Source of the DNA: Candidatus Syntropharchaeum butanivorans
GTDB lineage: Archaea > Halobacteriota > Syntropharchaeia > Syntropharchaeales > Syntropharchaeaceae
Assembly (NCBI GenBank): GCA_001766825.1
Contig: LYOR01000001.1
Coordinates: forward strand, 30,945 to 94,944
Reading direction: 5' to 3'
DNA: 64,000 nt
Part shown: positions 1-9,729 of the stretch, in pieces
Layout of the letters: each line of letters opens with the position of its first letter
Position numbering within the stretch: position 1 is the stretch's first letter
The notes under the pieces: model-generated
Told to the model about the DNA's origin: nothing
Databases searched by the model: none
What the model saw: only the letters and a program-made list of their open reading frames with translations
Translations under genes and position numbers: made by a program

Positions 1-129
1 GTGGTGGGCATACAGCCGGCAGTCGCGCTGACGCTCGTGGAGCTTGGGCTCAGGATAAGCTGGGGGGTTAAGACTGCACTTAACCTTGAGAAAGGGCTTG
101 AAATCCTTAGAAAGAAGAAAGACAAGTGA
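1..129 (+). CDS. rsbS: STAS-domain stressosome protein RsbS, C-terminal part (5' truncated by window)
   Basis: Frame 1 reads VVGIQPAVALTLVELGLRISWGVKTALNLEKGLEIL..., the RsbS C-terminal signature (GIQPAVAxTLxELG...TALxLExGL); immediately upstream of rsbT. Confidence 0.85.
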   Translation: MVGIQPAVALTLVELGLRISWGVKTALNLEKGLEILRKKKDK

Positions 130-139
130 GGATCACAGG

Positions 140-538
140 ATGGATGAGCAGACCATCGAGGTGAGGAGGGATATTGATGTAATCCTGGCCAGAAACGTGG
201 GTAGGAAGATGGCAAATGAGATCGGGTTTGGAGAGCTTGATCAGACTCGCATTACAACCGCAATCTCAGAGCTTGCCCGTAATATTGTCATTCATGCAAA
301 CAGAGGGAAGGTTGTGATCAGAGAGATCCAGAAGGGGGATAGAAGAGGGATTGAGGTTGTCTGTACAGACGATGGACCCGGGATCGAAGATATAGAGGCG
401 GCACTCAGGGATGGCTATACAACTGCAGGAGGGCTTGGGATCGGTATGACAGGCGCTAAGCGACTGATGGATGAGTTTCATGTGGAGTCTGTCGTGGGAG
501 TCGGTACCACGGTCATCGTGAAGAAGTGGTTGAGGTGA
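140..538 (+). CDS. rsbT: RsbT-type serine/threonine kinase (anti-sigma/GHKL fold)
   Basis: TAISELARNI, DDGPGI, GYTTAGGLGIG GHKL motifs; ATG at 140 preferred over TTG at 86. Confidence 0.9.
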   Translation: MDEQTIEVRRDIDVILARNVGRKMANEIGFGELDQTRITTAISELARNIVIHANRGKVVIREIQKGDRRGIEVVCTDDGPGIEDIEAALRDGYTTAGGLGIGMTGAKRLMDEFHVESVVGVGTTVIVKKWLR

Positions 539-1110
539 GGCTCGGTCTTGCAACACGTCCTGCTATAGGGTACACCGAGAACGGTGATGGACACTTCGTT
601 GAGCAGTGGGATGGCAAACTCCTTCTTGCAGTATTTGACGGACTGGGGCATGGAAAAGTAGCAGCAGAGGCGGCAGAGAGGTGTCGTGCGGTACTCAAGC
701 AGGTTTATCAGCGTAAGATACCGGAGATCTTTGAGGTTTGTCACGAGGAGCTCAGAAGGATGCGGGGGGTTGTGATGGGGATTGCACGAATTGAGCTTTC
801 CACACTCCTGCTTAATTACGCGGGGGTGGGGAACATCACGATGAAGATCGTGGGGCATGAGGAGAACACACACCTGATCTCGATGGATGGAATCGTGGGA
901 TACAACCTTCCAGGTATCAGGGTATTCCCGTATCAGCTCACCAGGGGGGATATCATCATGATGTACACGGATGGGATCTCCTCCTCACACCTCTCAGGAT
1001 ACTCAAAAGAGAAGATCAGATCGTATGATCCTCAGATTCTTGCAGAAGAGATCTTAAATAGATGTTCTAAACCGGAGGATGATGCAACAGTCCTTATTCT
1101 TCACGTATAA
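526..1110 (+). CDS. rsbX: RsbX-like PP2C/SpoIIE phosphatase
   Basis: ENGD, AVFDGLGHG, YAGVGNI, MYTDGI, DDATVL motifs; follows rsbS-rsbT. Confidence 0.85.
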   Translation: MVEVRLGLATRPAIGYTENGDGHFVEQWDGKLLLAVFDGLGHGKVAAEAAERCRAVLKQVYQRKIPEIFEVCHEELRRMRGVVMGIARIELSTLLLNYAGVGNITMKIVGHEENTHLISMDGIVGYNLPGIRVFPYQLTRGDIIMMYTDGISSSHLSGYSKEKIRSYDPQILAEEILNRCSKPEDDATVLILHV

Positions 1111-1210
1111 TCGTAAGGTTCTGGTCACATACTTCCCAAAACCATGGTGAGCAATGTTATATAGATGTACATCAAAACTATTATCCCATTCTTAGAGGAT
1201 AGGAGGTAAT

Positions 1211-1501
1211 GTGATGAGCAGATGGTTATGGCCCCAACCTGATAAAAAGAACTGGCTCGTGGTTACAGATGTAAAGAAAGGGATAATAAGGGTGTATAAC
1301 GAGAAAGGAGACCTCTTAACAGAAAAGAAAGATTTAAGTGAGGTTGTGGTTCGATTAATCGAGAAGAATTTCTTCGATACGGTTGGGATAAAGCTCTCCG
1401 AGCTTGGCGATCCCCTGAATCCCGTGTTCAGGACCGAGGAAGAGACGGGGAAGGGTGAAAAAAAAGGGGGGTTCGTGGAGCCTGACCCTATGTTTGCTTA
1501 G
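1211..1501 (+). CDS. hypothetical protein (96 aa)
   Basis: ORF with GGAGG RBS upstream; no recognised family. Confidence 0.6.
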   Translation: MMSRWLWPQPDKKNWLVVTDVKKGIIRVYNEKGDLLTEKKDLSEVVVRLIEKNFFDTVGIKLSELGDPLNPVFRTEEETGKGEKKGGFVEPDPMFA

Positions 1502-2829
1502 GATTCGAGGGCACCTATCAGTTTCACAACCTTTGATACAAGATCTTTCCCTTCTTTTCCCGTTATCCTGATCATTGGCTCCTTGCCCATCCCTCCCAGA
1601 TCATAGATCACATCCGGAACATGTCCAAGCCTTTCTATAACTGACCTAACACCCCAGTCCATTGTCCTCTCACCTTCTGGCTCATCCTCCCGTACAAACT
1701 CTGCCATCTCAAGTCCGATATCAGAGCAGGCCCTTATTATCTCATCACTGTATCTCACATTACAGCAGGCTCTCATAGCAGGATCAAACCGCATCATGGC
1801 GAGGATCACTCTCGCAATGTGGTCACTTGCACCGAACTCAACCGGGCCAACCTGCACGGCACGGTTACCACACCGGACAATCCTCCCGCTCACAGCAGCA
1901 ACGTCATCCCTGGTAGCAGCACCCGGGATTGCAACAGCGATGTTTGACCCAACCTCCGGGAGAAATGGGACGAAGTTGTGTCTCAGGACCTCATCTACGG
2001 CAGCTTTTACATCTTCAAGCACGAGGTATCTATCTCTATCGCGAATAAGGCGCCCGGCGTGGTTGAGTGGTATGAGGCCCTTACCCACAGGATGAGCAAA
2101 CCTCATCGCATCTACCACGAATCGTTTTGCAGCGTTTGCAGCATCAATGAGGCTTTTTCCAGTTGCAAGATTCGCTGCTAAAGCCGCGGTATACGTACAG
2201 CCTGTTCCGTGCCAGTCACCCTCGATAAGCCCAAGCTCCCCACCGATAGTGCTGAACCGCCCATCCTGATCAAGGAGAAGGTCTGCCCCTTCAAGGTGTC
2301 CTCCTGTGATTATCACATTCTCTGCCCCGATCTTCTTTATTGCAATTGCAGCAGCCCTCTCATCTTCAATCGCCCTGATCTCAATCCCTGTAAGCATCTC
2401 TGCCTCGGGTATGTTCGGGGTTACAAGATATGCATGGGGTAAAAGCTCCGTTTTCAGCGTTTCAAGTGCGTCCGTATCAAGAAGTACGCCACCTGTGGAT
2501 GATTTTATCACAGGATCCAGTATGAAGGGTACCCTGAAACCGGATAACTCCTCAGCCACAAGCTTTATCACGTCACTTCCACCGAGCATCCCCACCTTTG
2601 CAAGCCTTACGTCCATATCCTCCATGATCGCCCTGATCTGCGAGCGAATGAGATCTGGGGGGAGATCATACCGCCTGATGAAACTTACTGTATTCTGGAC
2701 TGTTACCGATGTAATGACCGAGGCCCCATATACACCCATTACCTCAAACGTCTTGATGTCTGCCTGTATTCCTGCACCGGCAGAGGGATCAGACCCCCCA
2801 ACTGTGAGAAGAACACCACCATGGGACAT
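1498..2829 (-). CDS. thiD: bifunctional HMP/HMP-P kinase ThiD fused to thiamine-phosphate synthase ThiN
   Basis: GSDPSAGAGIQAD, TPNIPEAE, HGTGC; C-terminal PEVGSN, FGASDH, DLGGMGKEPMI ThiN domain. Confidence 0.93.
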   Translation of the reverse strand: MSHGGVLLTVGGSDPSAGAGIQADIKTFEVMGVYGASVITSVTVQNTVSFIRRYDLPPDLIRSQIRAIMEDMDVRLAKVGMLGGSDVIKLVAEELSGFRVPFILDPVIKSSTGGVLLDTDALETLKTELLPHAYLVTPNIPEAEMLTGIEIRAIEDERAAAIAIKKIGAENVIITGGHLEGADLLLDQDGRFSTIGGELGLIEGDWHGTGCTYTAALAANLATGKSLIDAANAAKRFVVDAMRFAHPVGKGLIPLNHAGRLIRDRDRYLVLEDVKAAVDEVLRHNFVPFLPEVGSNIAVAIPGAATRDDVAAVSGRIVRCGNRAVQVGPVEFGASDHIARVILAMMRFDPAMRACCNVRYSDEIIRACSDIGLEMAEFVREDEPEGERTMDWGVRSVIERLGHVPDVIYDLGGMGKEPMIRITGKEGKDLVSKVVKLIGALES

Positions 2830-2841
2830 CGATAGCTTACC

Positions 2842-3717
2842 TTACGTTCCCCGGATCACCTTCTCATACTCGATTCTGCCATCATAAATGATATTGGCAC
2901 TACCTGTGAGGTAGGCACCCTCCTCATCGAGAGATACCTTCAGCACCCCACCGAGTGCATGCACCGTGATCTCCTTCGAGGGATCAATCAGTCCCAGCTT
3001 ATCCAGCGCGTACACCGCGGCTATTGCACCTGTACCGCATGACAGGGTTTCCCCGACCCCACGTTCGTACGTCCTGATATCAATATCATCCTCCTCATTC
3101 ACCTCGACGAACTGGACGTTCGTGCGCTTTGGAAAAGCCTCATGATTCTCGATCAGACTGCCAAGGTGGTCAACATCTGTCCGGTACAGGTTATCCACAA
3201 CAACCACAGCATGCGGGTTTCCAACATTAAGCGCTGTGATCTTGATCGTTCCGACCTCATCATTTATGAATAGGTCTGTATTGATCGCAAACTCCCCCTC
3301 CCCTTCCATCGGAATCAGATCCCGCCTGAACTCTGCACGTCCCATGAACACCCTCACCTCCTTGACAACCCCATCATTCAGGATCACCTCCGGGGTGATC
3401 ACTCCCCCCAGCGTCTCAACAGTCATCTTCGTATCCTTGACAATCCCCCGCTCATAGACGTACTTTGCAAAGCACCTCATTCCATTCCCACACATCTCTG
3501 CCTCAGAGCCATCGGGGTTGAATATCCGCATCTGTATATCGCAGATGCCTGAGGGAGATATGAAAATCACACCATCTGCACCAACAGAGAACTTTCTCGC
3601 ACACACACGCGATGCGAAGGTGGGTTTATCCAGCTCTGGGACCACTTCTCCGTCCATCTCATTGATAACGATAAAATCATTGCCAGTGCCCTCTACCTTT
3701 GTAAACTCAACCTCCAT
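2842..3717 (-). CDS. dapF: diaminopimelate epimerase
   Basis: GTGNDF, NPDGSEAEMCGNG, GNPHAV, ERGVGETLSCGTG. Confidence 0.95.
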   Translation of the reverse strand: MEVEFTKVEGTGNDFIVINEMDGEVVPELDKPTFASRVCARKFSVGADGVIFISPSGICDIQMRIFNPDGSEAEMCGNGMRCFAKYVYERGIVKDTKMTVETLGGVITPEVILNDGVVKEVRVFMGRAEFRRDLIPMEGEGEFAINTDLFINDEVGTIKITALNVGNPHAVVVVDNLYRTDVDHLGSLIENHEAFPKRTNVQFVEVNEEDDIDIRTYERGVGETLSCGTGAIAAVYALDKLGLIDPSKEITVHALGGVLKVSLDEEGAYLTGSANIIYDGRIEYEKVIRGT

Positions 3718-3737
3718 CGCTTATACCTCCCCATCGA

Positions 3738-4370
3738 TCATACAAGCTCGGTAAACACGATCGTTCCAGAGATCTTCTTAACCCGAACCTTGACAACCTC
3801 ACCCTTTTTGTTGTATGGGATGTAGAAGATGTATTTGTCCATCCTCGCGATGCCATCTCCTTTGCTACCTATGTCCTCTATCTTGAGCTCATAGACACCT
3901 CCGACCTCGACAAGAGGCGCCTTTTCGATCCTCTTTTGCCTGCTCCGCTTGAGAATTGAGCGATGTGCCCCACATGCGTCACACTTCAGCATCGTTATCC
4001 GCCCACTCTTGAGCAGGTGTGTATCAGGGCTGCCGCACTCAGAACATATCACATACTCCTCAAGATATGAATCAAGGAGCTTCTCGATGTTCTCCGGGTT
4101 GAACTTCCCCTGAAAGATCGCCCTGCTACCCTCAATCCTCCCTGCGGTACCAAGCTCTCTTAAAAGATACTTCATGAGGTGATCGGGGTCGCGGTTGATG
4201 TAATCGACGATAACCCCGAAGTTCTCAAAGATGGACGTCTTGCCCTCGATGAAAACACTCGGTGCAGGGATTGCAAACCTCGAGGTGGTATCTGCAATCG
4301 TTGGTATCTGCTTCAAAGCCCGGTCAAGCAGGGCGATGTATCCCTCACGGCTTGTTGTATCCATCACCAA
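3738..4370 (-). CDS. eif2b: translation initiation factor aIF-2 beta with C-terminal TRAM domain
   Basis: YLLRELGTAG, CSECGSPDT...CDACGA zinc ribbon, IEDIGSKGDGIAR TRAM motif. Confidence 0.93.
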   Translation of the reverse strand: MVMDTTSREGYIALLDRALKQIPTIADTTSRFAIPAPSVFIEGKTSIFENFGVIVDYINRDPDHLMKYLLRELGTAGRIEGSRAIFQGKFNPENIEKLLDSYLEEYVICSECGSPDTHLLKSGRITMLKCDACGAHRSILKRSRQKRIEKAPLVEVGGVYELKIEDIGSKGDGIARMDKYIFYIPYNKKGEVVKVRVKKISGTIVFTELV

Positions 4371-4418
4371 AACCTCTTACCTCTTTTTTACTCCTGAGAC
4401 TGGAAGGTGAGGTTGAGA

Positions 4419-4584
4419 TGGGGCTGGTGCGATTCGAACACACGACCGACGGGTCTCTCCGATCATCAGTGCTCCAACGGATCATCATAACGAAAGATCG
4501 CGTCCGATCTTTCGATTCAGCAGACCCGTTGTTCATCATATTACCGCTGGAGCCCGTCGCCCTTCCTGACTAGGCCACAGCCCC
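4419..4584 (-). tRNA. tRNA-Trp(CCA) with 92-nt intron at 37/38
   Basis: Reverse complement: GGGGCTG acceptor stem pairs with CAGCCCC-A; anticodon stem ACGGG/CCCGT; anticodon CCA at 4550-4548; T-arm GTGTG-TTCGAAT-CGCAC; BHB motif CTCC/GGAG with AGC and AGA bulges. Confidence 0.95.
4455..4546 (-). ncRNA. box C/D guide RNA within the tRNA-Trp intron
   Basis: C box ATGATGA (4539-4533), D' CTGA (4520-4517), C' ATGATGA (4488-4482), D CTGA (4469-4466); guides are complementary to the pre-tRNA and point to C34 and C39 by the N+5 rule. Confidence 0.9.
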
Positions 4585-4640
4585 TTCAACCACGTCTTAC
4601 TACACGTCGTTATAATTATATCTTTCGGAGGGGCACACGC

Positions 4641-5954
4641 CTAAGGCGAGAGCCTTCGCATATCCCTCGGGAAAAGAACCGCTTCCCTGATGTTCTCAAG
4701 CCCGAGCATCGTCATCAGTAGCCGCTCAAGTCCCAGCCCCCATCCAGAATGAGGGGGGATTCCGAACTTGAAGGCACGAAGGTAGAACTCAAAGCTATCA
4801 GGGTTGAGCCCCATCGCATCGATCCTTGATATGAGCAGGTCGAGATCGTGTATACGTTCGGATCCTGAAGCAAGCTCCATCCTCGGGTGCATGAGATCAA
4901 AACTCAAAGATATCTCTGGATTCTCCGCAGGTTGCGTGTAATATGGCTTTGAATCAGTTGGCCAATCGGTTATGAAATAGTGCTCACCGATGAGCCTCCC
5001 AAGTTCATGCTCACAGGATGCAGAGAGATCATCTCCCCAGACAAGCTCTGAGAACTCCGGGTTATCCGTACTTTTTAGAAGATCTATCGCCTCTGTGTAG
5101 GTGATACGCCTGAAGGGAGTATCTGGAACCTCAATCCTGATATCAAGATCTGAAAGCTCCTTTTCACACTCTCTCTTCACAGATTCATAGACCCTTGCAA
5201 TCAGGTCCTCGAGTATCCTCATTACATCTTCATAATCCATGAAAGATGCCTCAATATCGATTGATGTCGCCTCATTGAGGTGTCTTGTTGTATCATGCTC
5301 CTCTGCGCGGAATATCGGAGCAATCTCCCAGACCCGATCAAAACCCGCGGACATCATGATCTGCTTGAATAGTTGAGGGCTCTGACTCAGGAATGCCTCC
5401 CTGTTAAAGTATGTTATCGGGAATAAAGCTGTTCCACCCTCTGTTGCAGTTGCAACGATCTTTGGTGTGTTTATCTCGATGAACCCATGTTCTTTGAAGA
5501 AGTTACGAATTGTATCAAGCACATAGCTCCGTATCTTAAATATAGCGAGAACTTCGGGTCTCCTGAGATCCATAAAACGAGAGTCGAGCCTTGTATCAAG
5601 CTCAGCCTTCACCTTTCCGGTTGGATCAAGGGGCAGAGGGGAGTCGGCATAACTCAGAACCCTGATCTCATGGGGCAGGATCTCATAACCACCGGGTGCC
5701 CGTTCATCCTCCTTGATGGTGCCTGTTACCCTGATCACGCTCTCTCTTGATATGTGCTTAACGATTCCAAGTAGCTCTGCTTCTACCCTCTTCTTGGGGA
5801 GTGTGACCTGAGCAAAACCCTCTCTGTCCCTGAGTATAAGGAAGGTGATCCCCCCAAGATCCCGGATCTCATGAACCCACCCCACCAGGGTTGCCTTCTC
5901 ACCAGCCATTGATGGATCGATCTCTGCTGTGAATCGCCTCTCCATGATACTCAA
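4641..5954 (-). CDS. aspS: aspartate--tRNA(Asp/Asn) ligase, archaeal, probably non-discriminating
   Basis: [38 protein letters not shown]; His (WVH) and Pro (ERAPG) typical of ND-AspRS. Confidence 0.95.
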   Translation of the reverse strand: MSIMERRFTAEIDPSMAGEKATLVGWVHEIRDLGGITFLILRDREGFAQVTLPKKRVEAELLGIVKHISRESVIRVTGTIKEDERAPGGYEILPHEIRVLSYADSPLPLDPTGKVKAELDTRLDSRFMDLRRPEVLAIFKIRSYVLDTIRNFFKEHGFIEINTPKIVATATEGGTALFPITYFNREAFLSQSPQLFKQIMMSAGFDRVWEIAPIFRAEEHDTTRHLNEATSIDIEASFMDYEDVMRILEDLIARVYESVKRECEKELSDLDIRIEVPDTPFRRITYTEAIDLLKSTDNPEFSELVWGDDLSASCEHELGRLIGEHYFITDWPTDSKPYYTQPAENPEISLSFDLMHPRMELASGSERIHDLDLLISRIDAMGLNPDSFEFYLRAFKFGIPPHSGWGLGLERLLMTMLGLENIREAVLFPRDMRRLSP

Positions 5955-5972
5955 GCTACTTCAGGGATGCTT

Positions 5973-6377
5973 TTAAATCTTTTTGCAAAGCTCCCTGATA
6001 CCTGTAACCTCTCCGTCACCCCTTCTGATCCTGGCATCAACCATCAGTGGTATAGCACCAGAGGTTTCATCAAACGAGGCCAGCCTCATTGAGTAGATGC
6101 TTGGTGGCATAAGCCCAATCCCTCGATGCTCCTCCTTACTGCTTCTCCCAGTAACTACTATCTTGCCGTTCTCATTGAACAGGGTGACATTCATCCCATC
6201 TTTGATACTCCACGCCTTCATATCCTCTTTGTCAAGATAAACCACGGCAGAGAGATCCTGGTACTCCCGGGAGATTCTTCCCCTGCATGATTCAGCAGAC
6301 TGGAAAATATCGGAGATGATCAGGATCTTTATCTCATACTCAGGTGCCTGTATAAGCCTTGATATACCTGCCATCAC
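5973..6377 (-). CDS. FwdD/FmdD-like molybdopterin-dinucleotide-binding subunit
   Basis: Size, 'VTLFNENGKIVV' double-psi barrel pattern, adjacent to FwdB-like gene. Confidence 0.7.
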   Translation of the reverse strand: MMAGISRLIQAPEYEIKILIISDIFQSAESCRGRISREYQDLSAVVYLDKEDMKAWSIKDGMNVTLFNENGKIVVTGRSSKEEHRGIGLMPPSIYSMRLASFDETSGAIPLMVDARIRRGDGEVTGIRELCKKI

Positions 6378-7537
6378 AACCCCTCCAGTATCCTCGTGAG
6401 GACTGCTTCGTCAGATGGGGTATCCCTCTTTATGCAGGGTACAAGTTCAAACTCAACCCCGTCCATCCGCATAGCAGATCCCCCATTATCGACCCCGGCG
6501 ATCCCGGTATGGATCACAAGATCTGCAATCTCGGTTGTTGGGGTATCTCTGGGATCAATTACGATTGTCTGAATATCAAGGAGCTTTTTTGAGAGAGAAT
6601 AGGGGAGATCGCTCATCGGGTCCGCTCCAACGATAAGAGCCGCATCTATCCCTCCATCAAGAAGTGCCCGGAGGAATGATCCCTCAATCTGCCTCTGAGC
6701 TCTTTTCATCATCTCAACAAACCCCCTCATGTTGTATCCCTTGACCATAGGTATGAGATAAAACTCCCCGTACTCATTGAGCCCCTCCATAAACCAGATC
6801 AGTTTGTCCATATCTCGATTCAATCCATGAATCAGCCCGGATCCTGCGAAAATAACCCCAAAATCCGCTTTCTTAATCTCATTAGAAAATTTTAAAAGCT
6901 CCTTTGATCCTGGAGGCTTTCCAGAGAGGATACCGAGAATTTCATCCATCAGAGCAGGATCTTGCCCTGGACTCACCTTGAGAAACTCCCTGCAGACCTT
7001 CGCGGTGGGAGATCTGTAGATATCAATCGAGATCGCGTACCTGTCAAACTCCCACCCCTTCTGTTTGTGCTCACCCCTGGGAAAATACGAGAACCTGGAG
7101 AGGTGGCGGGGCTGCGAGCTCATCGCATCAGAACCCCAGAATATACTTATATCAGCTCGATCTCTCACATCATCGAGTGTGCATGTCTTAATCCGGGATG
7201 AGACCACGAAATTGAGCAGGTCTCCATACCTGATGCTGGAATAGTCCTCGATCATACATCCAAGCTTCTCTGAGATCTTGATTGCAATACGCTGTGCTTC
7301 GATCGTTGTGTTATCAAGACCGAAGATTGCAGGGCTTTTTGCATTCTTTAGGATCTCGATTGCCTCATCTATTGCTGCATCAAGATCATATGCAGGATGG
7401 TCTGGATTCAAAAAGAGTGATGCTCCTTTCCTGCATGCGTTTCCAACCTCTCTTATCTCTGACTCCTCTATCACAACCTCTATATCATCACACAGGCATG
7501 AGCAGCCCGGACAGGTGGCTGTTACTTGGGTAGACAC
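6374..7537 (-). CDS. FwdB/FmdB-like formylmethanofuran dehydrogenase subunit B paralogue (divergent active site)
   Basis: N-terminal CPGCSCLCDD...ACRKG Fe-S motif, CTLDDVRDRAD, PRHLSR, GSAMRMDGV. Confidence 0.85.
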   Translation of the reverse strand: MSTQVTATCPGCSCLCDDIEVVIEESEIREVGNACRKGASLFLNPDHPAYDLDAAIDEAIEILKNAKSPAIFGLDNTTIEAQRIAIKISEKLGCMIEDYSSIRYGDLLNFVVSSRIKTCTLDDVRDRADISIFWGSDAMSSQPRHLSRFSYFPRGEHKQKGWEFDRYAISIDIYRSPTAKVCREFLKVSPGQDPALMDEILGILSGKPPGSKELLKFSNEIKKADFGVIFAGSGLIHGLNRDMDKLIWFMEGLNEYGEFYLIPMVKGYNMRGFVEMMKRAQRQIEGSFLRALLDGGIDAALIVGADPMSDLPYSLSKKLLDIQTIVIDPRDTPTTEIADLVIHTGIAGVDNGGSAMRMDGVEFELVPCIKRDTPSDEAVLTRILEGL

Positions 7538-7616
7538 TTATATCACCCCATCTTACTTATTGAGTATCTTAAATCCATCTTCTGAGTTGACTTTTCACAA
7601 TCATCAAACCAGCTAT

Positions 7617-8078
7617 TCACACAAACTCAATCGCGCCTGAGGGGCAAGTCACGATACAGAGATCACAGAGGATGCGATTTTTCCCGAATCGCCTGCATTC
7701 ATGGACGTTGGAGGCAACAACAACCCCATCCTTGACCCTGAGGATTACCCGATCATTCGTGGGCCCCCTGCCAACGGCAGTACCATGCGGGTCATTTGCG
7801 ACATTAACAGGGCATGCAACGACACAGTTACCACATCCCGTGCATTTATCCGTGTCAATTACAAGCCCTGTCTCTGTAGCACCTTCAACCGTTTCAAATA
7901 GCTCCTGGAGCTTACTTAGCTTGTCTTTATACCTGTCCTCCTCAAAGAGTGGTGTGCAGGCCTCAAGCCCCACCTCGCCCCTTATCAGCTTTACGGCAAA
8001 TGCCATGCAGGTTGATTCGCCGCACTTCTTGCAGTTTGTCATCGGAAGAAGCTGGTAGACCTCCATCGGCGTTGGCAT
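7617..8078 (-). CDS. FwdG-like ferredoxin with N-terminal Fe-S (AcsC/RnfB-type) domain
   Basis: LPMTNCKKCGESTCMAFA...C plus CTGCGNCVVACP and CDLCIVTCP. Confidence 0.8.
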   Translation of the reverse strand: MPTPMEVYQLLPMTNCKKCGESTCMAFAVKLIRGEVGLEACTPLFEEDRYKDKLSKLQELFETVEGATETGLVIDTDKCTGCGNCVVACPVNVANDPHGTAVGRGPTNDRVILRVKDGVVVASNVHECRRFGKNRILCDLCIVTCPSGAIEFV

Positions 8079-8116
8079 GGATGAAACTTCGTATGAGAGA
8101 TGATAAGGCTTTTGAT

Positions 8117-8800
8117 CTACCTCTCTGTCTCAAAAGAGATCGCACCCCTGCGGTGGCCTCTTGCTCTTTTATCAAGAAGATGGCGGGGTGTAACGCTAAG
8201 TGCATCCTTTGCCTCCTCCTGATTCATACCAAGAAGCTTTGAGAGTGAGATGATCTCTCTTGGTGCCCTTATATCGTATATAGACGACGCGCCACTTGTT
8301 ACAACAACCTGCATACGGTACTTTCTCGCAAGCCTCACGTTCTCACGCATCATGAAAAGTGATCTTGTCCGCCTCTTCCCCCTCCCATGGATTATATCAA
8401 AGAGATTAAGCTCGAGTGCAACTCCCTTCTTTGAGCCGAGCCGCATCATGATGTGGTTCATTCTGCCAGGATGTGAGAGAAGATCAACCCTCGGGTCACC
8501 GAGGGCAAGACGATCTATCACCTCATCCCCACCATGGACCGCGAGAAGATCGACCATGGGTCGAAACTTTCCGATGAGCCTGACAAGTTCACGGGGCGAT
8601 GATGCCCGGATCTCAACACCCTGATAAATGCTGAACCCGGGGGGTGGCTCAAGGTCAGGGGAGGAATACCACATGTCAGAATGGTTCAGTATCACACATC
8701 CACTGAATCCGAACTCCGAGAGTTTCTCGACCATGAGCTCAATCTCATCCTCCCCGTCAGGCCTGACATGGATATTAAGGTCAATGTAAGCCCGTTTCAT
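8117..8800 (-). CDS. rnp3: ribonuclease P protein component 3 (Rpp30)
   Basis: PHP-like start DLNIH, VHGGDE, DLLSHP, VVTSGASSIYDIRAPRE. Confidence 0.9.
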   Translation of the reverse strand: MKRAYIDLNIHVRPDGEDEIELMVEKLSEFGFSGCVILNHSDMWYSSPDLEPPPGFSIYQGVEIRASSPRELVRLIGKFRPMVDLLAVHGGDEVIDRLALGDPRVDLLSHPGRMNHIMMRLGSKKGVALELNLFDIIHGRGKRRTRSLFMMRENVRLARKYRMQVVVTSGASSIYDIRAPREIISLSKLLGMNQEEAKDALSVTPRHLLDKRARGHRRGAISFETER

Positions 8801-9729
8801 CCTTCCACCTTGAAGTGATCGTATCCTGATGGAACGACCCTTTCTCCTGCGTTTTTCTCAACAACCCTCCCTATTACCGTGAAATCAACCACCTGCCTCA
8901 GCTCATTAACCCCCTCCGGCATAACGGTGAAGAGAAGCTCATAATCTCCACCGGCTGATAGCAGAAGCGATCTCAGATCATCAGCATCTTCCACAACCTT
9001 AAAAAGCTCACTTCTCACTGGAATTCTCTCCCAATCAATCTCAAACCCAACGTGAGACGCCCTCGAAAGATCGGCGAGTGAGACAGAGAGCCCATCGCTT
9101 ATATCTGTCATCGAGGTGACAAAGCCAGATCCGGAAAGCTTCAACCCCTCCTTTACACGAGGTACCGGCTCAAAAAGGGCTTTAACAAGAGGATCTGAGA
9201 GATCCACATCCTTCTCTCGCTCAATCAACCTCAAACCTCCCCCTGCAGATCCAAGATGCCCTGTAATGCAAAGAAGGTCACCAACCTTTGCACCGGATCT
9301 CCTGATGACCCGTCCTTCTCGTGCAACCCCGAGCACAAACCCGGTTAGCGTGATCTCATCATGTGCATCGAGATCTCCCCCGAGAACCCCAAGACCAAAC
9401 CTCAGCGCACAGGAGTGAATCCCTGAGAGAAGCTCCTTGAATGCTTCAACGCTGAACTCCGGGGGCACACCGATCGCGTCCACCATGAAAAGTGGCTCAC
9501 CCCCCATCGCAGCGATATCACTCAGGTTTACAGCAACAAGACTCCAGCCCATCTGGTAAGGGGTCATCTGTGGGGGGAAATCACTTTTCTCATGGAGCAT
9601 ATCGGATGTGAGAAGTAAACACTCTCCACCAAGCTCAACGACCGCACAATCCTCCTCTTGAGTCTCGAAATAAGATGAAACAAGCTCAATAAGTCTTCTC
9701 TCCCCAATATCACGAAGTAACCCGTTCAA
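8797..9729 (-). CDS. thiL: thiamine-monophosphate kinase
   Basis: IGERRLIE, EDCA, VNLSDIAAMGGEP, GGDL, DISDGL, GGDYELLFT; TTG start at 9729 chosen instead of the 9957 extension. Confidence 0.9.
   Translation of the reverse strand: MNGLLRDIGERRLIELVSSYFETQEEDCAVVELGGECLLLTSDMLHEKSDFPPQMTPYQMGWSLVAVNLSDIAAMGGEPLFMVDAIGVPPEFSVEAFKELLSGIHSCALRFGLGVLGGDLDAHDEITLTGFVLGVAREGRVIRRSGAKVGDLLCITGHLGSAGGGLRLIEREKDVDLSDPLVKALFEPVPRVKEGLKLSGSGFVTSMTDISDGLSVSLADLSRASHVGFEIDWERIPVRSELFKVVEDADDLRSLLLSAGGDYELLFTVMPEGVNELRQVVDFTVIGRVVEKNAGERVVPSGYDHFKVEG

Noticed and set aside
4262-4573. ORFs overlapping 4262-4573 on both strands
   Set aside because: Explained by tRNA-Trp and its intron
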